64,000 bases of DNA from an uncultured bacterium (GTDB taxonomy: Bacteria > Patescibacteriota > Minisyncoccia > UBA6257 > 2-01-FULL-56-20). Location: assembly GCA_963718515.1 (NCBI GenBank), contig OY970354.1, forward strand, positions 694,808-758,807. The letters are read 5' to 3'. The notes beneath the pieces were generated by a model that did no database searches, was not told where the DNA came from, and saw only the letters and a program-made list of their open reading frames with translations. Both the position numbers and the translations under genes were made by a program. Of the stretch, positions 11,056 to 20,852 are shown piece by piece. Numbering within the stretch: the stretch's first letter is position 1; each line of letters opens with the position of its first letter.

Positions 11056-11973
11056 ATGGAGTTTCGCGAGGATGTTTTTCTTGGTATGAAACACCCGCTT
11101 TCTCCTCCGCTCATGAACGGCGGAGGATGTTGCAAAACAGTCGAGCACGTGAAAGAACTCTCGCGATCTCTCGCGGGCGCTATTCTCGTCGGCTCGATCA
11201 CGAAGGAAGAACGGTCAGGCAATCCCGGGGATGTTTGGTGGGTTGGCAACGGCGCAGCCCTCAACTCACTCGGTATGCCGAATGGCGGCAAGCAGTATCT
11301 CATTGGTCATCTCGCCGAGATGGTCACCATCGCGCACGACGCAGGCAAGATGCTCGTCGTGAACGTCGCGGGTTTCAATACTCTTGAATACTGCGAGCTG
11401 ACAGAGACCTGTTTGAACCTCGGAGCCGATGCCGTCGAACTCAACTTGGGCTGTCCCAATGTCGTCGTCGGCAGCGGTCGCAAGCCCATCGCTTCGCTCA
11501 ATCTGGATGTCATGGGTGACATCCTTTTCCGGATCAACGTCATCGTCGGAAAGGATGCTCTCATTTGGGTGAAGGTTTCGCCTTATTCCGATCCGGGACT
11601 TCTCGCGGATGCCGCCGGTATCGTGAGAGGTTTTCCAGCGATCAAAGCAGTAACGGCTATCAACACATTCCCGAGCGCTTACGGATTGAACGAGAAAGGG
11701 AAGTCCGTGATTGGTGTTGGCCTCGCTGGTTTGAGTGGCCGGGCATTGAAACACATCGGCCTTGGTCAGATCAAGCAATGGCATGACGCTCTCGATGGTT
11801 CCGATGTTCATCTCATTGCCGTCGGCGGCATCAGCACTGGTCGAGACATTGAGGAGTATCAACTGCTGGGTGCTGACGCGTTCCAAATGACGACGGAACT
11901 CTTGAAGGGCGGCGATCTTGATCCGCGACCGTTCGAGAGAGTTGCCGCCGAATATCTTGAGGTGTCAGCGTAG
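11056..11973 (+). CDS. pyrD: Dihydroorotate dehydrogenase (class 1-like)
   Basis: VELNLGCPNV, GLSGRALKHIGL and AVGGISTGRDIEEYQLLGADAFQMTT are typical DHOD TIM-barrel motifs. Confidence 0.8.
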   Translation: MEFREDVFLGMKHPLSPPLMNGGGCCKTVEHVKELSRSLAGAILVGSITKEERSGNPGDVWWVGNGAALNSLGMPNGGKQYLIGHLAEMVTIAHDAGKMLVVNVAGFNTLEYCELTETCLNLGADAVELNLGCPNVVVGSGRKPIASLNLDVMGDILFRINVIVGKDALIWVKVSPYSDPGLLADAAGIVRGFPAIKAVTAINTFPSAYGLNEKGKSVIGVGLAGLSGRALKHIGLGQIKQWHDALDGSDVHLIAVGGISTGRDIEEYQLLGADAFQMTTELLKGGDLDPRPFERVAAEYLEVSA

Positions 11974-12138
11974 TCAAATCATGCAGCCCGGGTAGCGAAA
12001 GCACCCGGGCTGATTTTTATCTTCTCGAATATGCCTCAACGCGCCCCTCATTTTTAACACCAGCCTCCGTTTCTTCGTTTAACACACAATCGTGCGACAC
12101 GGCTCGAACTACGACCCTAAAACGCCCCGAACGGCAGC

Positions 12139-12423
12139 TCAATGGCAGTTCGTGTCCGGGCTTTTTGCGACAATGGCGCTCAACTCGGCCAGTCCTGTGA
12201 AATAGCCGGAGCCTTTCGGCTGGTTGGCGATGTAGGTTTTTATCTCCTGATCTTGAGCGGTCGCGGTGATGTAATACGAGAATGAAACGCACATCTCATC
12301 TTCCGTGAGCAACCCTTCGCCGTAGACGCTGTCGATGGTTTCAAAATCACCAAGGTAGTTGTCGAGATCAGCGTCAGTGAGGAAGAGGACAAGAATTCCA
12401 TATTTATAATATCTGCCTGCCAT
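12139..12423 (-). CDS. Hypothetical protein (94 aa)
   Basis: ORF only; no recognisable motif. Confidence 0.4.
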   Translation of the reverse strand: MAGRYYKYGILVLFLTDADLDNYLGDFETIDSVYGEGLLTEDEMCVSFSYYITATAQDQEIKTYIANQPKGSGYFTGLAELSAIVAKSPDTNCH

Positions 12424-12805
12424 GTGTATATTCCTATCTTAGCATTTCATCTGGATTCACATAAGGTGGGGATAAAAAGTTAGATGAGCCTGCACTCATA
12501 CCTCGGCTCACCAGCCGAACATTGTATAACGAAAGATCCAGCGCAAATCAGTGCTGGACCTTTTTCTTTTTTTTAATCTCCATATGCTACCCTCCGGTCA
12601 GCTCACAAAAAACAGGGGGGGGTAGCATGGCGCGCAAAAATCTTTTTGACGAATTCGATGAACAGTTAGACGTGATCACTTCTCTTAAAAAACTGATCAA
12701 AAAAATACTCCACTTCGTCTATCTGATCCGTTCATCTGTTCATTGACGCACCGGCCATTCTGCTGGTATGGTAATGGCAGTAAGCTAACGGGTGCGGAGG
12801 GTGTT

Positions 12806-13159
12806 ATGGGAAGCACGTTTCGCGTAGTATGGGTGGCGGTGGCAATCCTGCTTCTCGCATCGGCGAGTGCGCAGGCGTTGCGGAGAGAAAAGCACGAATT
12901 GCGGAAAGATCGCAGGAACGGCGACTATTGGATAGGATGCATCGCCGACGCACCAACAATGACGTTCACCGATGCGTTTGCCGGCGCATTCAACGTGGGC
13001 AACAAGCGGGAGCGCTCCTGCTGGGTCGCGCACAAAAGAGGGTGGTGGATATTCCACCACACGACGAAGCAGTACGTGGTCAAATATAGGGAGATCTCCG
13101 AGAGGGCCGACGATGGTGTCGGCCTTTTTTCTACCCACGTTTCTATCCTCAAGCCGTGA
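12806..13159 (+). CDS. Small secreted hypothetical protein
   Basis: The internal Met gives the signal peptide MGSTFRVVWVAVAILLLASASAQA. The long antisense ORF 12785..13516 is judged spurious. Confidence 0.45.
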   Translation: MGSTFRVVWVAVAILLLASASAQALRREKHELRKDRRNGDYWIGCIADAPTMTFTDAFAGAFNVGNKRERSCWVAHKRGWWIFHHTTKQYVVKYREISERADDGVGLFSTHVSILKP

Positions 13160-13202
13160 TAGGTTGTACAATGATAAAAATAAAGCGCCCAATAAATAGT
13201 CC

Positions 13203-14252
13203 ATGAAAATCCTTGCCATCGAAACGTCCTGCGACGAGACGGGCGTCGCCCTGCTTGAGGCATCGGGCGGCGTACGCGCGCCGCGGCTCACCGTCGTCGA
13301 GAATCTCGTCGCATCGCAAATAAAGATCCACCGGCCGTTCGGCGGGGTCGTTCCCAACCTCGCCAAGCGTGAACATCTAAAAAATCTGCCGATACTTTTT
13401 AAGCGATTGCGTGCGCGGGTGAAAAAATTAAAATTCGATATAATCACGGTCACCGTCGGCCCCGGACTTGAGCCCGCGCTCTGGACCGGCATCACCTTCG
13501 CGCAATCGCTCGCCAAGGAATACGATGTGCCCCTCGTGGGCGCGAATCATCTCGAAGGGCACTTGTACAGTTTTTTGCTTTCGGAAAACGCAGGCGGCGG
13601 CGGGAAAAAATCTCAAAAAAATATTTTTCCTGCAATCGCGCTCATCGTGAGCGGCGGTCACACTATATTATTGAAGCTTGATTCATTCTCGAAGTGGAAA
13701 CATCTCGGCGAGACGCGGGATGATGCGGCGGGCGAAGCGTTCGACAAAGTCGCGCGCCTGCTCAATCTCCCCTACCCCGGCGGCCCCGAGATCGAGAAAC
13801 TTGCACGTCGCGGCAATCCTGCGGCGATTACATTTCCTCGGCCCATGCTCAATGAGAAAAACTATGACTTTAGCTTTTCGGGGCTCAAGACGTCGGTACT
13901 CTATTATATGCGGGATCATGCCGGCCGCGGCAGCGGCGCTAAGAGCAGCGCATCCAAAGCTGATGTGGCCGCGTCATTCCAGGCGGCGGCGCTCGATGTG
14001 CTCGTCAAAAAGACAATTCGCGCCGCGCAGGAATTCGGCGCGCAATCGGTACTGCTTTCCGGAGGGGTCGCCGCGAACAAAGCTCTACGGTCACGCCTAA
14101 AAAAAGAATCCGCGAAAATCGGCTGTGCATTCTTCGTTCCGGAGTTCAAATATAATTTGGATAACGGCGCAATGATCGGCGGCGCGGGCTACATGGCATA
14201 TCTCCGGAAAAAACATTATAAGATGGAAGCGCGCGGCGATATGGAAATTTAA
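13203..14252 (+). CDS. tsaD: tRNA N6-adenosine threonylcarbamoyltransferase TsaD (Kae1/Gcp family)
   Basis: MKILAIETSCDETGVALLE..., NHLEGHLYS, VSGGHT, LSGGVAANKALR. Confidence 0.9.
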   Translation: MKILAIETSCDETGVALLEASGGVRAPRLTVVENLVASQIKIHRPFGGVVPNLAKREHLKNLPILFKRLRARVKKLKFDIITVTVGPGLEPALWTGITFAQSLAKEYDVPLVGANHLEGHLYSFLLSENAGGGGKKSQKNIFPAIALIVSGGHTILLKLDSFSKWKHLGETRDDAAGEAFDKVARLLNLPYPGGPEIEKLARRGNPAAITFPRPMLNEKNYDFSFSGLKTSVLYYMRDHAGRGSGAKSSASKADVAASFQAAALDVLVKKTIRAAQEFGAQSVLLSGGVAANKALRSRLKKESAKIGCAFFVPEFKYNLDNGAMIGGAGYMAYLRKKHYKMEARGDMEI

Positions 14253-14272
14253 CGAGTGATATTTACAAATTT

Positions 14273-15136
14273 ATGCTCTCACTCCCCCAAGCGATATTCC
14301 TCGGACTCATACAGGGCGTCGCCGAACTTTTTCCCATCTCAAGTTTGGGACATAGCGTACTCATCCCGGGATTGCTCGGCTGGAATATAAATCAGAACGC
14401 GGACAGCTTTCTGGAATTCCTGGTCGCTACGCATTTCGCCACCGCGCTCGTGCTCTTTATTATTTATTTCAAAGATTGGGTGCGGATTGCAAAAGGCATG
14501 GCGCGCTCTTTTATGGAGCGCGAGATCAGCGATGCCGACACGGATGCCAAGCTCGGCTGGCTGATCGTCGTGAGCACGATCCCCGCCGGCATCATCGGAT
14601 TACTTTTGAAAGATCTGATCACGGGATTTTTTCTTTCGCCGATCTCCGCGGCGATATTTCTTGTTGCAAACGGGGTTGTGCTGTTCCTCGCAGAGCGGTT
14701 GCGGAAACGTGCAACGACGCCCGCCACAGAAAGTCTAAAAAATAATGACGCGCGCATCGCAAAAAAACTTTCCTGGGGACAGGCGGCGAAGGTGGGATTA
14801 CTGCAGATGCTCGCACTCATTCCCGGATTTTCGCGCACGGGCTCCACGCTCGCAGGCGGATTGCTGGTCGGGCTCTCGCACGAGGATGCCCTGCGATATT
14901 CATTCCTGCTCGCGACGCCGATCATCGGCGCGGCGGCGGTGCTTGAACTTCCCCTCCTTCTTTCGTCCGGCAGCAGCGCGTTCATCGGGGCCACCTGCGC
15001 GGGCGCCATCGCCGCCGCCACCGCCGCATGGCTCTCGGTCAAATTCCTCACGCGTTACTTTAAAACAAATACCCTCACACCATTCGCCATTTATTGCATG
15101 GCGATCGGAGTTCTTAGTCTCATCATCCTTCGCTAA
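14273..15136 (+). CDS. uppP: Undecaprenyl-diphosphate phosphatase (BacA/UppP)
   Basis: GLIQGVAELFPISSLGHSVLI and ALIPGFSRTGSTLAGGLLVGLS in a polytopic membrane protein. Confidence 0.9.
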   Translation: MLSLPQAIFLGLIQGVAELFPISSLGHSVLIPGLLGWNINQNADSFLEFLVATHFATALVLFIIYFKDWVRIAKGMARSFMEREISDADTDAKLGWLIVVSTIPAGIIGLLLKDLITGFFLSPISAAIFLVANGVVLFLAERLRKRATTPATESLKNNDARIAKKLSWGQAAKVGLLQMLALIPGFSRTGSTLAGGLLVGLSHEDALRYSFLLATPIIGAAAVLELPLLLSSGSSAFIGATCAGAIAAATAAWLSVKFLTRYFKTNTLTPFAIYCMAIGVLSLIILR

Positions 15137-15154
15137 TCACGCCGGGCGTGAACG

Positions 15155-15499
15155 CTATTCCCCATACATCCGAGCGCGGATCGCTTCGAGTTCTTTGATC
15201 ACCGATTCGTCACTGATATGCTTGAATCGTGGGAATGTTTTCCCTGCTTTCGTAATATATTCCATAAACATCCTGATCGGCCGCAGATCAAAAAGTTTTC
15301 CCGCCTTATACACACCAGCCTCTTCGTAGAGGGGCCGATAGACCACCATGTGCGTATCCTCCACCGTGGCATAATCCTCCGTGTGATGGCCGACGCCGAT
15401 CACCTCGTATGCATAGTTGTTCACCGGCCCGTCAGGGTCGTGTTTGTAATGATAGTAGAATCCCTTTTTAGGAACCTCTTTTGGCGCGACGACCGCCAT
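15155..15499 (-). CDS. DUF1653 domain protein
   Basis: GFYYHYKHDP...YEVIGVGHHTE...VVYRPLY matches the DUF1653 pattern as I recall it. Confidence 0.65.
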   Translation of the reverse strand: MAVVAPKEVPKKGFYYHYKHDPDGPVNNYAYEVIGVGHHTEDYATVEDTHMVVYRPLYEEAGVYKAGKLFDLRPIRMFMEYITKAGKTFPRFKHISDESVIKELEAIRARMYGE

Positions 15500-15501
15500 C
15501 G

Positions 15502-15723
15502 CTACGAAACTTTCTTTGCGCTCGCGAACCAGGCGTAGATCAAAAGCGCCAGCCCAACCACGAGCGATGCGATGCCATGCTTGATGTGCGGTGCCGCCAT
15601 CGCGGCGTCATAGCCCGGCAGAAACATCGGCAACATATCGGCGGGGGTCATCCAATAATAGATGGCGAGCGCGATAAACCCGATGCCCAAAATGACCGCA
15701 AGAATAGTTAATGTTTTTTTCAT
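15502..15723 (-). CDS. Small two-TM membrane protein
   Basis: 73 aa with two hydrophobic helices. It is tightly packed with the downstream gene (2-nt gap). Confidence 0.5.
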   Translation of the reverse strand: MKKTLTILAVILGIGFIALAIYYWMTPADMLPMFLPGYDAAMAAPHIKHGIASLVVGLALLIYAWFASAKKVS

Positions 15724-15744
15724 CTTTTTAATTTTATTAAAAAA

Positions 15745-16035
15745 TTATAAATAAACCTGATCCACATAACACCACGTGAATTCCTCGCCCGGCGTCACCG
15801 ATTTCATGATCGGATGCCCCGTCGTTTTGAAATGCTTCGTCGCATGCTTGTTCTTAGAACTGTCACAGCATCCCACGTGCCCGCACGTAAGGCACATCCG
15901 AAGATTCACCCACGTGTCGCCGATCTTTATGCACTCCTCGCACACCGTGATGTCCTTCGGGTGGACGTCGCGAATCTGATCTTTGTGGGTACACTCTTTT
16001 TCGGCCATAGAATTATTATATCTTATATCCACCAA
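15745..16035 (-). CDS. UBP-type zinc-finger domain protein
   Basis: CEECIKIGDTWVNLRMCLTCGHVGCCDSSKNKHATKHFKTTGHP. The likely start is the internal Met at 16008. Confidence 0.75.
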   Translation of the reverse strand: MVDIRYNNSMAEKECTHKDQIRDVHPKDITVCEECIKIGDTWVNLRMCLTCGHVGCCDSSKNKHATKHFKTTGHPIMKSVTPGEEFTWCYVDQVYL

Positions 16036-16183
16036 GGGCGCGAAGATGCCGTTTCGAGGGGCGTCGCGGAGTCGCGAAGGCGACGAGCGCCGAAGCGGCC
16101 GGTCAGCAGACCGGAACGCCGTACCCGAGAAATGGCATCAAGCGCCCCCTTGACTTCATATAAGCATATGCTAATATCTATAT

Positions 16184-16471
16184 ATGTCTGATCTCTGCAA
16201 GGAAATAAATAAGTTTGGCAAAGGCATCGGGAACGCGGCGCGCTATCGGATCATCGAAGCCCTGCTCAAAGGCCGAAAGACGGTGAATGAGCTGACGCGC
16301 ATCGTGAAGCTTTCCCAGCCAGCGGTGTCGCAACATTTAAAAACGCTCAAGGCGTGTGACCTCGTGATCGACGAACGCCGCGGCAAGGAAGTGTTCTATA
16401 CGGTGAACACGGAATATACACTGAAACTATTAAAAAATCTCATCGGCGATATGAGAAAACCCAAAAAATAA
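16184..16471 (+). CDS. ArsR/SmtB family transcriptional regulator
   Basis: RYRIIEALLKGRKTVNELTRIVKLSQPAVSQHLKTLKACDLV forms a winged HTH. Confidence 0.85.
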   Translation: MSDLCKEINKFGKGIGNAARYRIIEALLKGRKTVNELTRIVKLSQPAVSQHLKTLKACDLVIDERRGKEVFYTVNTEYTLKLLKNLIGDMRKPKK

Positions 16472-16483
16472 ATCATTAAAACT

Positions 16484-17053
16484 ATGTTAAAAATAAAAGT
16501 AATTCTCGGGAGCACGCGGGAGAAGCGGTTTGGCGAACAGCCGGCGAAGTGGATCGTCGAAAAGGCGAAGGCAAAAGGATTGGACGTGGAACTTTTGGAT
16601 CTACGGGATTACGCGCTCCCCTTCTTTAACGAGGCGATGTCGCCCACCGGGGCGGTAGCGAAAGGAGCATATCCGTTCCCGATCTCCGCAGAATGGACAA
16701 AAAAGATCGGCGAGGCCGATGGCTTCATCATGGTCACGCCGGAATACAATCACGGATATTCCGCAGTCCTCAAAAACGCGATCGATTATGTTTCCCTTGA
16801 GTGGAACAAGAAACCGGTCGCGTTCGTAGGATACGGCACCGTCGGCGCCTCGCGCGCAGTCGAACAATTACGCCAGGTCGTTGCCGAATTGCAGATGGTT
16901 TCGATCCGCGCCGCAGTGCACATGGTGAGCCCTTGGAATCTTCTCGACGAAAAAGGCGTGTTGAAAACCGAATCATTCGACGCCTCAGCCGACACGATGC
17001 TTGATCAGCTCATCTGGTGGGCGGATGCATTGAAGAGCGCGCGAGTAGTTTAG
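16484..17053 (+). CDS. NAD(P)H-dependent FMN reductase family protein
   Basis: KVILGSTREKRFG...FIMVTPEYNHGYSAVLKNAIDY. Confidence 0.8.
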   Translation: MLKIKVILGSTREKRFGEQPAKWIVEKAKAKGLDVELLDLRDYALPFFNEAMSPTGAVAKGAYPFPISAEWTKKIGEADGFIMVTPEYNHGYSAVLKNAIDYVSLEWNKKPVAFVGYGTVGASRAVEQLRQVVAELQMVSIRAAVHMVSPWNLLDEKGVLKTESFDASADTMLDQLIWWADALKSARVV

Positions 17054-17066
17054 GAATTATCGTCTG

Positions 17067-17570
17067 TTATCCCATAGGCTCATCCGCGGAAGGTCCGTAC
17101 GATCCGGGGATAGCGATGCCGTTCAAACGAAGATATACACCGAGCTGTGCGCGGTGATGAATAAGGTGATCAAGGAAGAGCGATTGCACCGCGAAGGCGC
17201 GTTGGCCGTCGAAAAGTTTGTGCTCGCCAAATTTCATCTCCCAATGGCCGGCAAGATGTTCGTCGGTCGTCGCCTCAAGCGCCGCGCGACCTGACGTTAC
17301 AAAACCCTCGAACGCCGCAACGATGTCTGCTGCGCTCTTTACGTCGAGCGGCGGCGTGCGTTTGATCTCATATGATTCGGTTTCAATGATGCTGTGAAGA
17401 AAACGCGGCATCGTCGCCACGTGGTTTGCGAGACGTCCGAGCGGCGTGGACTTTGCGTGCGGCACCCAGTCGAACTTATCGAATGGCACGCGCTCGAGGA
17501 TCTTTTTCGTTGTCGCCATCTCGTGATCAAACTCACCGAGAAGGAATTCTTTTATTGAAATCGTTTCCAT
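17067..17570 (-). CDS. DinB family protein
   Basis: Four-helix DinB_2-like pattern, with LIHHRAQLGVYLR near the C-terminus. Confidence 0.7.
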   Translation of the reverse strand: METISIKEFLLGEFDHEMATTKKILERVPFDKFDWVPHAKSTPLGRLANHVATMPRFLHSIIETESYEIKRTPPLDVKSAADIVAAFEGFVTSGRAALEATTDEHLAGHWEMKFGEHKLFDGQRAFAVQSLFLDHLIHHRAQLGVYLRLNGIAIPGSYGPSADEPMG

Positions 17571-17600
17571 AATTTTAGCTATTGTTAATGATTAGTTTTA

Positions 17601-17831
17601 TTACGCGCCTCCATCTTCCACGGCTGCCTTGATCTCTTTGAACTCATTTTCTACTTCCACAAGCCGCTCCTTGCTGAGTTTGATCAGCTCCCCCGCTTCG
17701 CGGATCTTTACGAGCGCCTCCTCGAGATCGATCTCCTCCTGGTCCTCAAACCAATCCGAGATCTTCTTGATGTCCTCGATGTACTGCTTTAGGTTTGGCT
17801 GGTTGCGCTTTGTTGATTTTGTTTTTGCCAT
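17601..17831 (-). CDS. xseB: Exodeoxyribonuclease VII small subunit
   Basis: 76-aa coiled protein containing LEEALVKIREAGELIKLSKERL. It lies directly downstream of xseA. Confidence 0.8.
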   Translation of the reverse strand: MAKTKSTKRNQPNLKQYIEDIKKISDWFEDQEEIDLEEALVKIREAGELIKLSKERLVEVENEFKEIKAAVEDGGA

Positions 17832-17870
17832 GGTGAATTGTTGTAATAGTCGAATCTATTATTCCGTCGC

Positions 17871-18979
17871 TTACCGTAAGCTCGAGCGCGCGCCGGGCGA
17901 AAGTCCCGCCGTGCTCCGTACTACTTTACCATTCCTTCGCGCGATTGAGTATCCCAACTGCAGCTGCCGCGCCGGATCGTTATGTTTTATCGCCTGACTT
18001 CCGAGCGCTATCGATCTGCCGCGCGCCGACGAGCGAACGTTCAAACGCATTGCAAATGATATCCCACGCGATGCCTCAAGTTCATTTTCCACTTTTTGCA
18101 TCTCGAGCGGGAACCGATTGAGCAATCCCGCAAATTCGCGCACCTTCGCATACGCTTCCTCCCACGACCGGCTGAGTAAATGCGCGGCGGCGGTCGGCGT
18201 GGAGGTCATGTAGTCCGCGGCGAGCGCCATGAGCGGCACATCCTGATCGTGGCCGATGCCCGCGATCACCGGCACGGGAAAACTCACGACTTCGCGCACG
18301 AGCGCTTCGTTGTTGAACGCCTGCAGTGACTCGAGCGAACCGCCGCCACGGATGATCACGAGCGCTTCGATGCCGGTACCCTGCGAGCCCTCGTCTTCCA
18401 CCATCTCGCGCATCGCGCGGATCGCCGCGAGCAGTGGCGCGGCCGCCTGTGCGCCCTCCACGCGCGAGTCGATCACATTTACTTCAAATCCAAACTTTCC
18501 CAAATTATTTTCGAAATCGTGGATGACCGCGCCCTTCAAGCGACGTGATCACGCCGATGCGCTGCGAGATAATCCGGCAGGCGCCGCTTGCGCTCGGGCG
18601 CGAACACGCCTTCTGCTTCCAGTTTTTTCCGCAGGTCATCATACGCTTTTTTGAGCGCGCCTTCGCCCACAAGCTCGACCGTATCCGCCACGAATGACAA
18701 CCGCCCGCTCGTGCGGATACACATTCGGATGTCCGTTCAAGATGACTTCCATCCCAACCTCGAGCGCGATGCCGCACAGCTGATAGTTCCGCGCCCACAT
18801 GATCGCGTCGAGCGAGCCAGGATTCTCTTTATCTTTGACACTGAAATACACGTGCCCGCTCGCGGCGCGCTTGAGCTCCGAGATCTCGCCGACGATCCGC
18901 GCTGACTGCGTCTTGAAAAATACATTGAGCACCTCGATGTATTCGGCGATGGTGAAAATTTTATCTTCGTTGTTCGCAT
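17871..18979 (-). CDS. xseA: Exodeoxyribonuclease VII large subunit, interrupted by ~2-3 single-nt indels (near 18550, 18720 and possibly at the start)
   Basis: The N-terminal OB fold (FTIAEYIEVLN...IVGEISELKRAASGHVYFSVKD) is in ORF 18639..19043. The middle part (RLSFVADTVELVGEGALKKAYDDLRKKLEAEG) is in ORF 18536..18724. The catalytic part (VIIRGGGSLESLQAFN...AGIGHDQD) is in ORF 17871..18539. Confidence 0.85.
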
Positions 18980-19725
18980 GCTGTGTTTCGTTTGTTAAAA
19001 TATGCGCAGTAATCGCAATCCACGCTCGCGGGCGGCAATGCATCGCCCATCAAACATTTGTGTACACTTGCGATCGTCGCCTCCACCCAATCCGTGTTGC
19101 CCACGTATGGGATCACTTTGATATCGAACTCCAGCCTGCCATCGAACGCCGGCGCGTCCGCGTCGCCGTTGCAATAAACAAAATATCCGATCGGCGAAAC
19201 GGCAAAACTGTTTTTGCGGAAGAGCCACTGGTAAATTTCCATCTGCCGCTTGTAGCCGTCCTGCCACTCGGCGTCGAGCGACACCTCTTCTGTCTTTGAC
19301 GTCGCCTTGTAATCCACGATGTGCAATTCCCCCGTCGGCGCCACCCACACGTCGTCCACGCCGCCGCGGATCAGCAGGTTCGTCGGCTCGTGAAAAAACT
19401 GTATGCCGCGGCGGAGCGAGTCGCGCCACGCGTCGAGTTCTTTGTGCGCATACGGCACGGCGTCGATGTCGTATTCTTTCATTAACGGATGCGCGGAGCC
19501 CGCGGCGCGATGGATATCGAATTCTTTTTTAAGGAGCGCGTCGACGGCGCTGTTCAGCGAGAACGGAAATCCCGGCGGCCGCGCCGTGCCGAGTCGTTTA
19601 TCAATATAAAAACATCGTGGGCATTGCACAAAAAGGTCGATGCCGCTCCGACTGACGGTAAACGGCTCATGGGATTTTGGATCAAAGAGGTTGCGCGACT
19701 TCTGGGGATTATAGTATTTGGACAT
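18961..19725 (-). CDS. PD-(D/E)XK nuclease family protein with Cas4-like Cys cluster
   Basis: There is an N-terminal C-x2-C (VQCPRCFY), a core LHIVDYKATSK ... QMEIYQWLF, and a C-terminal CDYCAY. Confidence 0.7.
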   Translation of the reverse strand: MSKYYNPQKSRNLFDPKSHEPFTVSRSGIDLFVQCPRCFYIDKRLGTARPPGFPFSLNSAVDALLKKEFDIHRAAGSAHPLMKEYDIDAVPYAHKELDAWRDSLRRGIQFFHEPTNLLIRGGVDDVWVAPTGELHIVDYKATSKTEEVSLDAEWQDGYKRQMEIYQWLFRKNSFAVSPIGYFVYCNGDADAPAFDGRLEFDIKVIPYVGNTDWVEATIASVHKCLMGDALPPASVDCDYCAYFNKRNTACEQRR

Positions 19726-19748
19726 CGATGTTGTATAATCCTTACATT

Positions 19749-20573
19749 ATGAAGTTAGGCATCCAATCCGTAAAGGACCTCGTCATCACCTGCGTCCTCG
19801 GGCTCGTGGGGATTTCGATCATCGTGATCGGCGTGGCTACCACACTGTGGATCGTCGGGGTCACACCCGGCAGTTGTAACGTCGTCGCGGTGCCACTCTA
19901 CGGCCAGGTTGTCTATTATCCGAACGAAGCGAGCGGCGCATCGGTGGGCAGTGACGGCAGTCTCGACCAGACGGCGGCGGAAACCGTGCGGCAAGAGATA
20001 GAGACGGCGGATAACGATTCATCCATAAAAGCGATCATGCTGCAGATCAATTCACCCGGCGGCGATCCGGTCGCTGGCGAAGAGATCGCCGCGGCGCTCC
20101 AACACGCCACAAAACCCACCGTCGCGTTCATCGCGGATGAAGGCACGTCCGCCGCATACTGGGCGTCGACGGGTGCGCAAAAAATATTCGCATCGGCAGA
20201 CTCGGCGGTCGGCGATATCGGTGTCACACAATCGTATTTGGATCAAACTGAGCAGGACACAGATAATGGATTGAAGTTTGTCTCGCTCACCGCCGGTGAA
20301 TATAAAGACATGGGCGATCCGAACACGCCGCTCACGCCGCCGGAGCGCGACATCCTCCAGAACCAGCTCAATCTGGTCTACGATAATTTTGTCGCACAGG
20401 TTGCGGCGAACCGAAATCTATCGGTGGCAGAGGTGACCGCTCTCGCAAACGGTTCGCCAATACTCGGCGAGACCGCAGTGCAAGACGGCCTCATCGACGC
20501 GACGGGGACCATCTACGACGTGGAAAATTATCTCAAAGGAAAGATCCACGCCGACGCAACGCTGTGTGAGTAA
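19749..20573 (+). CDS. sppA: Signal peptide peptidase SppA (S49), 36K type
   Basis: An N-terminal TM segment is followed by LQINSPGGDPVAGEEIAAAL and ADEGTSAAYWAS. The start is the internal ATG at 19749. Confidence 0.8.
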   Translation: MKLGIQSVKDLVITCVLGLVGISIIVIGVATTLWIVGVTPGSCNVVAVPLYGQVVYYPNEASGASVGSDGSLDQTAAETVRQEIETADNDSSIKAIMLQINSPGGDPVAGEEIAAALQHATKPTVAFIADEGTSAAYWASTGAQKIFASADSAVGDIGVTQSYLDQTEQDTDNGLKFVSLTAGEYKDMGDPNTPLTPPERDILQNQLNLVYDNFVAQVAANRNLSVAEVTALANGSPILGETAVQDGLIDATGTIYDVENYLKGKIHADATLCE

Positions 20574-20852
20574 AAAATTCATTTAGAAGGCGATCTCGAC
20601 GCCCATTGAGCGGCGTGCCGTCGCCATCTTGATAAGCGCCTTCATAAGCTCGGATTCAACTTTCAAAACAGCTTTTATTTCTGACAGATCCCTGAGAAGG
20701 TTGCGATGGGTATACATGGTTTATATGGGTTGCAATTATTGATGACCTTTATCATTCCCGCTCGACCCTACTCATTACTACGCCCGGCGGCGCTCAGATA
20801 TTACAAAGAAAAAGCCGCCCTCGTGCAGACGGGCGGCGATACTCCCAACGGC

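Noticed and set aside
20586-20726. 46-aa minus-strand ORF (MYTHRNLLRDLSEIKAVLKVESELMKALIKMATARRSMGVEIAF) in the sppA-HD intergenic region. Similar small ORFs lie at 33079..33183 (acidic peptide) and 48624..48779 (2-TM peptide).
   Set aside because: They are too short, and I have no conservation data to support them. They are noted as candidates only.
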